Assembly: GCA_963828195.1 (NCBI GenBank)
Contig: CAWHDT010000005.1
Coordinates: 128,001-192,000 of the forward strand
Direction: 5' to 3'
Source of the DNA: Candidatus Bathyarchaeota archaeon
Lineage (GTDB): Archaea > Thermoproteota > Bathyarchaeia > Bathyarchaeales > Bathycorpusculaceae
Length of the DNA stretch: 64,000 bases
The stretch's first letter is position 1. Every line of letters begins with the position of its first letter. Shown piece after piece: positions 49,804 through 59,497 of this stretch. A program made the position numbers and the translations under genes. Below the pieces are notes generated by a model. It did no database searches and was not told where the DNA came from. It was given only the letters and a program-made list of their open reading frames with translations.

Positions 49804-50595
49804 ATGCAATTTAACATGAAAAAAACAAGCGTAATTGCGCTATTAATTGTTGCTTCATTATTAGTTGTTTTACCTCTTCAAATGGTCAAGGCGCAAACAA
49901 CAACGGTGGCTGTTTCGCCACAGACAAGCACCCCTGTTGTAGGGCAAACCTTAACGATTAACATTCAGTTAAACAACGTTCAGAACCTCTACGGAGTCGA
50001 TGTGACTCTTAATTGGAACCCAGCTTATCTGAGTCTTAAGACAAATCAGTCTTTTGTGGATGTGAAAACCTATCCCAATGGAATATTGAATGATCCAGTG
50101 TCTGTGGTTGAGGATACAGCGACCCAAACAACGGGCGAATATCACTTAGTTGCGACTTCATATAGCCCAGCAACGGGATTCAGCGGAAGCGGAACTATAG
50201 CAACCTTAACGTTCACGGTAACAAGTGCTGGACAATCCTCTTTAACGCTATCAAGCACGCTTGCTAACTACGCGCCAGGTGGAACATCAGAGCCCATAAC
50301 CCACACTGACATAAGCGGCACAGTTGACGCCACCCAAACCTCATCTTCACCCTCGACATCTCCAACCCCCTCATCGTTATCCACAGCTTCACCTTCGTCT
50401 TCACCATCAACGTCTCCAACACCTTCATCATCGGCGACTTCTTCGCCCTCCACTTCATCTTCGCCTAAACCTTTCTTGCAATCAGCTACCTTTGTCGAGC
50501 TTCTCGCAGTAATCGTGGTGGTAGTTGTCATATTAGTGTCAGCAGCCGTCGTTCTATCAAGAAAAATCATGAAGAAAACTGCTTCATCCACTTAA
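49804..50595 (+). CDS. Cohesin-domain surface protein
   Basis: VQNLYGVDVTLNWNP..L; GSGTIATLTFTV; Ser/Pro linker; C-terminal TM. Confidence 0.82.
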   Translation: MQFNMKKTSVIALLIVASLLVVLPLQMVKAQTTTVAVSPQTSTPVVGQTLTINIQLNNVQNLYGVDVTLNWNPAYLSLKTNQSFVDVKTYPNGILNDPVSVVEDTATQTTGEYHLVATSYSPATGFSGSGTIATLTFTVTSAGQSSLTLSSTLANYAPGGTSEPITHTDISGTVDATQTSSSPSTSPTPSSLSTASPSSSPSTSPTPSSSATSSPSTSSSPKPFLQSATFVELLAVIVVVVVILVSAAVVLSRKIMKKTASST

Positions 50596-50670
50596 CTCAA
50601 CCAGACGGAATACCCGCCCTATGTCATATTTTGCGGATTCCTGTTTCTTTGCCAAATGTTGACTAATTAC

Positions 50671-50940
50671 TCAATTTTTCGCTGTTGCTTGTTTTGGTTC
50701 GCAGCCGTCGAACATTTGCCCTTTCCTTGTTCGATTTAAAATGCTGATTAATACAAACTGGAGAATGCCTCCTGAAGCGCTGGCCAATACCCATGACCAT
50801 GCGCCGAAAGCGTGAAACGAAAATGCAAAGATTGCGGTGCCAACTAGGAAAACGACGAAGCCTACGATATTGAATTTAACAAAACGTACGATCCAGTCCA
50901 AAGCCGTTTTTCCAAAACGCGTCCTAGCCTGCTTACCCAT
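50671..50940 (-). CDS. Small GtrA-like membrane protein
   Basis: RFVKFNIVG; paralogue of 2009-2338. Confidence 0.6.
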   Translation of the reverse strand: MGKQARTRFGKTALDWIVRFVKFNIVGFVVFLVGTAIFAFSFHAFGAWSWVLASASGGILQFVLISILNRTRKGQMFDGCEPKQATAKN

Positions 50941-51189
50941 AATTATCACACTCAAAAACAAGCTCCACTATATTCTGGACCATGGTAATATTTAAGCAAT
51001 ACAATTTCTTCGTCACCAAAAGGCAAACCACTCAAACGGAACGCAATCTGTCAGAAAAATTTGGGAGGGCGAGCCACCGAAAAAGTCAGAATTTGGGGGG
51101 TTGAATTCGCGTCTTCTTAACGGAAAATTTTAAAAGCGTATTTTTGATGTAACTATGTTGACTGTTTAATTTCCTGAGAGGTTGATAAA

Positions 51190-52470
51190 ATGAAAAAAAT
51201 ATTAGCTGTAATAATTATTGGAATTTTTTGTTTATCTATGTTTGCGGTTTTCGCTCCGAAAGTAAAGGCACAATCTTCCGTGGATTGGTGGCCGACATTT
51301 CAGCATGACTCAGCACATACAGGGTCCTCTACTTCCACATCGCCGATCACAAATCAGCTCTTATGGAACTACACAACAGGCAATTCTATAGATTATTCAT
51401 CGCCTACTGTCATGAACGGGGTGGTTTACTTTGGTTCAGATGACCACTACGTTTACGCTTTAAACGCTGCAACAGGCAGCCTAGTATGGAGTTACAAGAC
51501 AAACGGTGACGTGGATTCTGCCCCAGCCGTTGCTAACGGAGTAGTCTACATCGGCTCAGAAGACCACAAAATGTATGCTTTGAATGCTGCAACAGGCAGC
51601 CTGGAATGGAGTTACAAGACAGGCGGCGGAGTAGAATCTTCTCCCACAGTCGTCAACAATATAGTCTACTTCGGGTCAGACGACAGCAAAGTTTATGCTT
51701 TGAACGCTGCAACAGGCACCAAAAGCTGGAGCTATAGTACAGGCGGTTCTGTGGATTCGTCTCCAGCGGTTGTTAACGGTGTGGTCTACGTTGGTTCAAC
51801 AGACGACTACGTTTATGCTTTGAACGCTGCAACAGGCACCAAAAGCTGGAGCTATTTAACGGGCGATGAAGTGGAGTCTTCTCCCGCAGTCGTCAACAGC
51901 ATAGTCTATGTTGGCTCGGATGATAACAGCGTTTACGCCTTGGATGCTACCACCGGCACCAAAATTTGGAGCTTCGGAACGGGATATTCTGTGGATTCAT
52001 CTCCAGCAGTTGTTAACGGTGTAGTCTATATTGGTTCAGAAGACGACAACCTTTATGCTTTAAATGCTACAAGCGGCAGCGAAATATGGAGCCACCTTAC
52101 AGGTAACCAAGTTGAATCTTCTCCCGCAGTAGCCAACGGCATAGTCTACGTGGGCTCAGATGACAACAACATATACGCGTTAAACGCGGCAACCGGCAGC
52201 ACAATCTGGACTTACGGAACTGGTGATGAGGTGTTGTCTTCACCCGCAATTGCTAACGGAGTGGTCTACATTGGCTCAAACGACTACAACATATACGCTT
52301 TTGGCTCAATAACGGTTCCCCAACCATCCCCACCGGTACCTTCTCCGACAATTCCCGAGCTACCTAATCAAGCGCTCGCTTTCACATTAGCCGCTATAAT
52401 AGTATGCACTGCATCTGCGATAATCATTACAAAAAAGAAAACAATAAGCAGGAAAAATCTTCAACGATAG
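51190..52470 (+). CDS. PQQ-like/BamB-type beta-propeller surface protein
   Basis: Eight ~40-aa SSPAVVNGVVYxGSxD..YALNAATG..W repeats; IPEL+TM+basic tail resembling a PEF-CTERM sorting signal. Confidence 0.9.
   Translation: MKKILAVIIIGIFCLSMFAVFAPKVKAQSSVDWWPTFQHDSAHTGSSTSTSPITNQLLWNYTTGNSIDYSSPTVMNGVVYFGSDDHYVYALNAATGSLVWSYKTNGDVDSAPAVANGVVYIGSEDHKMYALNAATGSLEWSYKTGGGVESSPTVVNNIVYFGSDDSKVYALNAATGTKSWSYSTGGSVDSSPAVVNGVVYVGSTDDYVYALNAATGTKSWSYLTGDEVESSPAVVNSIVYVGSDDNSVYALDATTGTKIWSFGTGYSVDSSPAVVNGVVYIGSEDDNLYALNATSGSEIWSHLTGNQVESSPAVANGIVYVGSDDNNIYALNAATGSTIWTYGTGDEVLSSPAIANGVVYIGSNDYNIYAFGSITVPQPSPPVPSPTIPELPNQALAFTLAAIIVCTASAIIITKKKTISRKNLQR
51360..52303 (+). repeat. ~120-bp coding tandem repeats (propeller blades)
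   Basis: GTCTAC..GGCTCAGA..TATGCTTTGAACGCTGCAACAGGCA recurs with 120-bp period. Confidence 0.85.
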
Positions 52471-52574
52471 AAGAAAATCTAAAACGCTGGTGCTCCAGCA
52501 CCAAGCGGTTTTGCTTTCGCGATTGCTGAAGCAATGGCCGGACTTAGCTTTATTTGATGCTAACGGCTGTTCCA

Positions 52575-53759
52575 TCAAACTTTAACGTTGCAAACGTTCG
52601 CAATTGCCTTAAGCTTTTTTAATATTTCGGGGCTAACTTTTTTGTGAAGCACATACACTGATATGGCGTAGCCGCTGTTTCCGATTTGTCTTGAGTAGTT
52701 TGCTCTGATGTTTATGTCGTTGTCAGCTAAGACTTTGTCAATATTAGCGAAGACTCCCGGTACATCGCGATGGTGAATAAACAGGGTGTAAACTGGTATC
52801 TCCTCTAACTCTATGTTTTCACCTGCATTCACCGCGTTAACAAAGTCTCCGCCTAAAAGGTAACCTGAAACTACACGCGCTATTTCGATTGATGTTTCAT
52901 TTTGGGCTTCGATTGTTGATGCGCCAAGGTGACTGCTTAAAATGATGTTATCTAACTCTGCGAGTTTGTTTTTGAATTCATCACCTTCTTTTTTGGGTTC
53001 TTCAGCGAAAACGTCTACTGCGGCGCCCGCGATTTTATTCTCTTTTAACGCAAGATAAAGTGCTTGCTCGTCTATGTTGCTGCCCCTTGAAGTGTTAACT
53101 AAATAAGCGGTTTTCTTCATTAACTGTAGTTCTTTTTCGCCGACAACTTGCTCTTTTCCGCCCGTGTGAATACTTACGTAGTCAGCTTTTGCCAAGACTT
53201 CCTGCTTTGACATGAATTTTATGCCTGATTCAAGACACGGCTTTATGTCATAACCAATAACTTCCATGTCAAAGCCGCGACGTGCAATCTCAGCCAGCCT
53301 TTGCCCAATTCTTCCACAGCCCAAAATACCCAGCGTTTTATAAGATAACTCTGTTCCTTTGAACTTGCCTTTTTTCCAAACATCGTTTTTAAGAGAATAG
53401 TGAGCTTGAGGGGTGTTTCTTGAGATGGCAAGCATTAATCCTAAGGTTAATTCTGCCACTGCGTTGGTGCTGCCGTAGGGAGCAGATTTTACCACTACAC
53501 CGTTTTCTGAGGCGGCTTCAACGTCTATGTTATCGTAGCCGACACCTGCTCGTCCAATGATTTTGAGTTTTCCTCGGGCACCCGCTTCGATGACTTCTCT
53601 TGTGACTTTTGTGGCGCTTCGCACGATTAACGAGTCAAATTGACCTATATCGGCGACTAGTTTAGTTTGGTCTCTTTTCTGAGTATCCGTTTCTATGCCT
53701 GCGTCTTGAAAGAGCTTTAAGCCTTCAGCCTCTAAACCGTCATTTAACAGTACCTTCAT
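52575..53759 (-). CDS. serA: D-3-phosphoglycerate dehydrogenase with ACT domain
   Basis: VRSATKV; RAGVGYDNID; GILGCGRIG; HLGAST.EAQ; HRDVPGV ACT domain. Confidence 0.88.
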   Translation of the reverse strand: MKVLLNDGLEAEGLKLFQDAGIETDTQKRDQTKLVADIGQFDSLIVRSATKVTREVIEAGARGKLKIIGRAGVGYDNIDVEAASENGVVVKSAPYGSTNAVAELTLGLMLAISRNTPQAHYSLKNDVWKKGKFKGTELSYKTLGILGCGRIGQRLAEIARRGFDMEVIGYDIKPCLESGIKFMSKQEVLAKADYVSIHTGGKEQVVGEKELQLMKKTAYLVNTSRGSNIDEQALYLALKENKIAGAAVDVFAEEPKKEGDEFKNKLAELDNIILSSHLGASTIEAQNETSIEIARVVSGYLLGGDFVNAVNAGENIELEEIPVYTLFIHHRDVPGVFANIDKVLADNDINIRANYSRQIGNSGYAISVYVLHKKVSPEILKKLKAIANVCNVKV

Positions 53760-53866
53760 TTTAGCAGACTCCTTTAGTGGTTATCAATATTGGAGATTTA
53801 AGCTGATTGGAAACGGACAATATTAAATATTCTGAAAAAAAGAAAATTTGCTATGCCAAGATATGT

Positions 53867-54151
53867 TTAAGTTCGGTTTTTCAAGGCGGCGACTTGTTCT
53901 TTGCTTAGTTTTGTGACTGCTATGTTGAAGTTCGATGCTTTGTGGCAGTATGGGCATTTTAGGCGTCGGTTGTTTCCACGGTACAGTGAGATGAAGCTGG
54001 CTCCTGGAACCCAATGATAGTTGAATTTTTTCTTGCAGTTCGGGCATGTTAATCTCGATATTGCGTGTGGCCCGTACCTTGGAAGCAGCATGAACACGAT
54101 TACAAAGACCACCGCTGTTACGGCAATATAGATTAAGAAAAGGTCTACCAT
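53867..54151 (-). CDS. Small membrane-anchored zinc-ribbon protein
   Basis: TM helix followed by CPNC...KCPYC. Confidence 0.7.
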   Translation of the reverse strand: MVDLFLIYIAVTAVVFVIVFMLLPRYGPHAISRLTCPNCKKKFNYHWVPGASFISLYRGNNRRLKCPYCHKASNFNIAVTKLSKEQVAALKNRT

Positions 54152-54260
54152 GCAGTTTCAGCTTTCAAGAGAAGAATGTTGCCTTATTAATATTTAGGCT
54201 CAATTTTTGTTTTTAAAAGATTCTTGTCTATGTGCGTTGAAGAAAAATGAAAAAAGGCTA

Positions 54261-55598
54261 TCAGGCCTTTCTGAGGTAGGTTAACGCTTCTTCCACGTTT
54301 TGGAAGCCGTATTTCACATGATTAAACTCTTTCTTAAGCGACAGGACGTCTTCTTTGACTTGAGCGGGTTTACGTTTTTCTTTTATCACGTCAAGCATAA
54401 GGTCGCATAAGTGTTTAATGTCGCCTTCTTTGAAGCCTCGTCTAGTTATGTCTTGGAATCCTATTCTTAATCCTGAGGGGTCATCTTTGCTGCTTTGGTC
54501 ATCGTAAGGCAACAGGTTTTTGTTGACGATTATGTTTGCGTCCTCGAGGTCTTGAGCTATCTTTTTGCCGCCGCCGAAGCCGCGGATATCAACCGCGATT
54601 TGGTGAGATTTAGTGAAGCCTTTTTTCTCCGCCAAAACTTTAACGCCGTTCTCATACAGGTATTGCCCAGCTGTCTGAGCGGTCTTAACTGTTTGCCTTG
54701 CTAATTCGGCGCCGAAAAGCTTCATCTCTAACGCCGCTGTACTTAGCGCGGGTAGCCTTCCAAGGTGAGTGCTTGAAGCGCTTAGCGGGAAAATGGCGAA
54801 CTGGATTTTTTTCGCTGCTTTCTCAAGCGCCGGGTTTGTTGGACTGCCCAAGATGACGCCGCCTTGGGGGCCTGGGAAGGTTTTGTGGGTTGAGGAGGTT
54901 ATGAAGTCTGCACCTTCCCGCAGTGGATCCTGGAATTCTCCTCCTGCAATTAAACCCAAAACGTGAGATGCGTCGTAGGCTATGTATGCTCCTACTTCTT
55001 CGCAGACAGCTCTTAACTCTTTTATCGGATGCGGAAAAAGAAACAGGCTGCCGCCGAAGGTGACTATACCTGGTTTGGCGGCGCGTATGACGTAGGCTGA
55101 CTTGTCTGGGTCAATGTTGAACTCATCTATGTTGTAAACGTGATTGATATTTTCTAAACCTAACACGTTGCCCGCTAAGCCGGTGTAATCGTGGGAAATA
55201 TGTGCACCACAGCTCAGTGGAGTAACTACCATTTTGTTGTTTTTTGAAGCTAACGATAACCCTTTGAACATGGCTAGGTTTGCATGGGTGCCTGAGACTA
55301 AGCGCACGTCCGCCCAGTCAGCTTTGAAGAGGCTCTTCATGATGTCGGTGGTGTAATCCTCGATTTGGGACATGTATTTTTGGCCTTGATAATACCGTTT
55401 TTTCACGTGTCCCTGCGAGTCGTTTTCGCCTTCTGCGTAACGGGCTGCTAGGTCATGTGAGAAACAGAGCATTTGATTTACGGCTGGAGATTTCAATCCT
55501 TCACTCGCAATCATGTTTATGCATTCTTTGTCGCGGTACTGTTCGTGTTTGCGGCTTGCTTCGATCAGGTTTTGGAATAGTTCTGAGAAGTTTTCCAT
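54261..55598 (-). CDS. glyA: Serine hydroxymethyltransferase (archaeal type)
   Basis: INMIASE; YAEG; GAHISH; YDASH; SSTHKTFPGPQGG (PLP Lys). Confidence 0.95.
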   Translation of the reverse strand: MENFSELFQNLIEASRKHEQYRDKECINMIASEGLKSPAVNQMLCFSHDLAARYAEGENDSQGHVKKRYYQGQKYMSQIEDYTTDIMKSLFKADWADVRLVSGTHANLAMFKGLSLASKNNKMVVTPLSCGAHISHDYTGLAGNVLGLENINHVYNIDEFNIDPDKSAYVIRAAKPGIVTFGGSLFLFPHPIKELRAVCEEVGAYIAYDASHVLGLIAGGEFQDPLREGADFITSSTHKTFPGPQGGVILGSPTNPALEKAAKKIQFAIFPLSASSTHLGRLPALSTAALEMKLFGAELARQTVKTAQTAGQYLYENGVKVLAEKKGFTKSHQIAVDIRGFGGGKKIAQDLEDANIIVNKNLLPYDDQSSKDDPSGLRIGFQDITRRGFKEGDIKHLCDLMLDVIKEKRKPAQVKEDVLSLKKEFNHVKYGFQNVEEALTYLRKA

Positions 55599-55965
55599 TT
55601 TAGTGTCTACTCCACGTATAATTATCAACGGATTGGGCTTTGCAGTATTTAGCCGTTACTGGGCGCAAGTTATAGTTTAGCGATTGCATCCGTTTTAGTT
55701 TTCTGCAAGCTAACTTGCCGGCGTCTAAGTTGCAGGGGAGTGTTTTTTGTTATTTGCGTTTTAAGTAGCTTTTTTTGTTTAGGGATTGAGGTGTTTGCCG
55801 GCTGCGTCTTTTTGCGTTGTTGCCCGTTCTTTTGCGTTTTTCTGCGTTGAATTCCGTTTCTTTCCGACTCTGCGCTACGTTTAAATCAATATACGAGGAT
55901 AATTGAGCTGAAAAATGGAAAAACGTTCACATAATTGCCAGTTTGAAACTTATGTCTTGCGCTTG

Positions 55966-56781
55966 CTAATTAGGCTGCGATGTCTTGTCTTCTGTTTGTT
56001 TTGATGCGGGGGTTATTTTTGCGATAACGACTGCTCCCGACACTATGTTGTTGTTTAAGTAGGTGATTTCTTTTCCCGAATCCAAATTGATGACTGTATG
56101 ATATGGGGTTATTTCTTTGATTGTTCCCTGCTCGTTCATGAAGGGAGTTACTACTCGGTCGCCTATCTCGTAGTGAAATCTGCTTTCTTTACATTTATGC
56201 TCACAAATGGCGGTGACGATTACTCCTCCTGAAGCGATTGCGCTGTTTGGGATGGTAATTTGGCCTACATCAGTTTGTATCCTCATAATGAGTGCGGTCA
56301 TTTCTGTGATTTTTCCGGGGATATTATTCACTATAACGTCGTCGCCTACCTCAAACTTGTAATTAGTGAATACTAGGAAACCTGACAAGAGGCTACCGAC
56401 AAAGGTGGAGATGACTAGCCCAACAGTGACTGAGATTATTCCTGCGCTTGCTAATAGGTCAGTTGCCGAAACATGTATGATGCTTAAGATTACGAAGCTT
56501 ATAACTAGAACTGCTATTGCAAGTAATAGATACTGAAATATTGTTGCAGCTTGGCTACCTACACGCTGAGTCATAAGCGGTTTAAAGCGTCGTATAATCG
56601 CGATAGCTGCCAACCAAAAACTCACACTGATAATTATGTCCACGGCCTGTACAAACAGCTTGGATAAGCTTATGGGTTCGGCGATAAACTGATGGAAAAT
56701 GTATAGGGTAACTATTGTCAAAATTAACATTACAATTAAGTAAATAATGAGCCTTCGCAGGGAAGCAATACGCTGAGTCAT
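55966..56781 (-). CDS. mscS: Small-conductance mechanosensitive channel
   Basis: TM helices, LLSGF..FEVGD.V....G.I, ITIPNS; second beta-domain copy at the C-terminus. Confidence 0.82.
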   Translation of the reverse strand: MTQRIASLRRLIIYLIVMLILTIVTLYIFHQFIAEPISLSKLFVQAVDIIISVSFWLAAIAIIRRFKPLMTQRVGSQAATIFQYLLLAIAVLVISFVILSIIHVSATDLLASAGIISVTVGLVISTFVGSLLSGFLVFTNYKFEVGDDVIVNNIPGKITEMTALIMRIQTDVGQITIPNSAIASGGVIVTAICEHKCKESRFHYEIGDRVVTPFMNEQGTIKEITPYHTVINLDSGKEITYLNNNIVSGAVVIAKITPASKQTEDKTSQPN

Positions 56782-57022
56782 CTTTTTTCTACCTACCCAT
56801 AACTTGCAAGCATATTTCTATAGTTTTCTCAAACGGAGGATTATTGTTATAACAGGTCTGGTCAACCAATAGCTCTATTGCTTGCACCCCACATAGAAAG
56901 CACAGGAGAGCAAGGAAAAGACTGAAATCTCCATTTTTTTAGACTGTTTAGAAATTCCGTGGCGTGCCATTTATATCCAACTTCAAAGTGCTGGTGCGTA
57001 TTCGAGAAGGATAAGAATAGGC

Positions 57023-58816
57023 ATGAAGTCACCCACATCTTCCAGTGAGTTCGGTTATTATTTTAGAAAATGGGTTCCGATCGCTATTTCGATAGGGGTG
57101 ATCTGCGGAGTGGGAAGCATTATTTTCTACGAGGCGATCAAGCTCGCAAGCACGGTCCTTCTCGGCGACGTAGCTGGTTATTTTGCTCCTACACCAGCCG
57201 GAGAAGGCGCAAGCTTAGGCATAATCTCGTCCCATCCTTGGTTGATTCCGTTAGTAACTACTGTTGGAGGACTCTGCAGCGGTATACTTGTCTATGGCCT
57301 GGCACCAGAAGCAGAGGGACACGGGACTGATGCAGCAATAGATGCTTTTCACAACAAAAAGGGTGAGATTCGATCCAGAATACCTTTGGTTAAGATTGTA
57401 GCATCAGCAATAACAATTGGCTCCGGCGGAAGTGCAGGCAGGGAGGGTCCGACAGCGCAGATGGGAGCAGGTTTCGGTTCCTTCCTAAGCAAGAGATTTC
57501 ATCTCAGTGTCCATGACAGAAGAATCGCAGTTGCCGTCGGCATAGGTGCAGGAATTGGCTCCATCTTCAAGGCGCCGTTCGGAGGGGCCATCATGAGCGC
57601 TGAGATTCTTTACATGGGAGATTTTGAGGTTGAGACGTTGCTGCCAGCTTTCATAGCTTCAATAGTAGGCTACAGTATATTCGCGTCATATGTCGGCTGG
57701 ACGCCTATATTCGGTTATTTGAACCTAACTACTTTCAACAACCCGATTGTTCTGCCCTTTTACGCTGTTTTGGGCATAGTCTGCGGTTTAGTAGGCATCG
57801 TGTACGTCAAGGGATTCTACGGCACACGAGCTTTTTTTCAGCGCCTAGGAATGCCACGTTTCCTGAAGCCAGCTTTGGGAGGATTATTAGTGGGTATTAT
57901 TGGAATGTTTCTCCCGCAAGTGCTCGGCATGGGGTATGGTTGGCTTCAGATATTAATGAGCGGCAACTTTGTCTTACTCCCTATAATTTTGATTCCAATA
58001 ATTATAATAGCCAAAATAGTTGCAACGTCTCTTACAGTTGGTTCAGGAGGGAGCGGAGGGGTCTTCGCGCCGGCCTTGGTGATAGGCGGCTTTCTAGGCG
58101 CAACACTTTGGATATTGTTAAACGGGCTTATGCCAAACTTCGGCGCTGTCATTGCCGCATTCGTTATTGTGGGAATGATGGCGTTTTTCGCAGGCGTAGG
58201 CAAAGTGCCTATCGCCGTCATACTTATGGTTAGCGAAATGACAGGAGGATTTGCTCTGCTGGTTCCCTCAATGATAGCCGTCGCGATTGCATATGTAGTT
58301 GCAGGAAAGTATACGATCTATAGAAGCCAAGTTCCATCAAGAGCAGATTCGCCAGCCCACAGAAGTGAATACTCCACTCCTCTAATGCAGAAGCTCTTTG
58401 TCAAAGATGCGATGACCAAAAAGGTCATCACAGCCACCCTAAACACACCGCTTTCCGAGATTGCTGACGTAATGGCCAAAAACGCAATGAAAGGTGTGCC
58501 AGTCTTGGATGATAACAGTAGACTTGTGGGTGTTGTCGCACTTACGGATGTCCTTAAAGTTAATCCAGAGAAGAGAGCTACTACTATGGTAAGCTCAGTA
58601 ATGACGAAAGAGCTGATTACAACGATTCCTGATGAAAGCCTTTATGCTGCTTTTGGCAAGATGACGAGCAACCAGGTTGGGCGCCTGCCAGTTGTTGAGC
58701 CAGGTGACAACGGAAAGTTGATAGGTATAATTACACGTGAAGACGTCTGGCGTGTCTACAACAAAGAGATGATGTCAAAACTAGAAGAGTCTAAACTTTC
58801 AGGGAGCGTCGAATAA
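57023..58816 (+). CDS. ClC-family chloride channel/antiporter with CBS pair
   Basis: GHGTD; GSAGREGP; GGVFAP; two C-terminal CBS domains. Confidence 0.92.
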   Translation: MKSPTSSSEFGYYFRKWVPIAISIGVICGVGSIIFYEAIKLASTVLLGDVAGYFAPTPAGEGASLGIISSHPWLIPLVTTVGGLCSGILVYGLAPEAEGHGTDAAIDAFHNKKGEIRSRIPLVKIVASAITIGSGGSAGREGPTAQMGAGFGSFLSKRFHLSVHDRRIAVAVGIGAGIGSIFKAPFGGAIMSAEILYMGDFEVETLLPAFIASIVGYSIFASYVGWTPIFGYLNLTTFNNPIVLPFYAVLGIVCGLVGIVYVKGFYGTRAFFQRLGMPRFLKPALGGLLVGIIGMFLPQVLGMGYGWLQILMSGNFVLLPIILIPIIIIAKIVATSLTVGSGGSGGVFAPALVIGGFLGATLWILLNGLMPNFGAVIAAFVIVGMMAFFAGVGKVPIAVILMVSEMTGGFALLVPSMIAVAIAYVVAGKYTIYRSQVPSRADSPAHRSEYSTPLMQKLFVKDAMTKKVITATLNTPLSEIADVMAKNAMKGVPVLDDNSRLVGVVALTDVLKVNPEKRATTMVSSVMTKELITTIPDESLYAAFGKMTSNQVGRLPVVEPGDNGKLIGIITREDVWRVYNKEMMSKLEESKLSGSVE

Positions 58817-58973
58817 AACAGCGAACCGCACGCTTGAGCAGAAAAATACGCACTCATACCTGTTCCGAAAATTGACAAAAATGGTGTTAATTCCTGTTTC
58901 GCATTTCCACATATGCCCTGATGGTTAATTTTGTACAAAAAAGGGGCGGAGAGGAAAAGGGCCTCTTTCTGGT

Positions 58974-59360
58974 TTAACCTACGATCTGAGTTATTTCTTT
59001 TATGATTCCTTTTTCTACATGTTGAGTCCACAGCATTTCAGGTACGTCAACAGCCAAAAACAACCAGGTTAAAAGAATGCTTTCGACCGCTACCACCGCT
59101 ATGTTCTGGATCCACTTGCCTACACCGACGTGGATTGAGAAATCATTCGGCTGCCCCGTTATTAGTATGCTGAAGGCCCTATCGGCAGTGATGATGTCCC
59201 GCAGGATCCCGGCTTTCTGCGCTTGTATGATCATTCCTAAAGGAGCAGTTTTTGACTGCGTTTTATAGCCCTCAGCAGATAGTTGTTGAACAATTTGCTG
59301 TGACAGTTGAGTTAGGTCCTTGTTTTTTCCTTGAAAATGCATTACTTTCTCAGTTACCAT
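58974..59360 (-). CDS. Conserved-looking hypothetical protein (128 aa)
   Basis: Clean ORF with GGTGAGG SD-like motif upstream. Confidence 0.7.
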   Translation of the reverse strand: MVTEKVMHFQGKNKDLTQLSQQIVQQLSAEGYKTQSKTAPLGMIIQAQKAGILRDIITADRAFSILITGQPNDFSIHVGVGKWIQNIAVVAVESILLTWLFLAVDVPEMLWTQHVEKGIIKEITQIVG

Positions 59361-59497
59361 TTCCTAAAAACCTCACCCACAGTTAAAGCGGCGAGTAATT
59401 AATAGTTTTTCACTCATCGATAATGCAAAAGACCAATTGTTCAGTTCGAGATCATAAAGGCTAAACAGCATTTTTGAATCGGCCAAAATACAGGGTT

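Noticed and set aside
51360-52303. Regular 120-bp repeats as a possible CRISPR or non-coding array
   Set aside because: In-frame propeller blades with synonymous variation; no repeat-spacer structure and no cas genes in the window
55630-55960. Possible riboswitch/leader upstream of glyA
   Set aside because: T-rich with only a short imperfect hairpin; no glycine, THF or ZTP aptamer consensus visible, and a TATA-like box lies close to the gene
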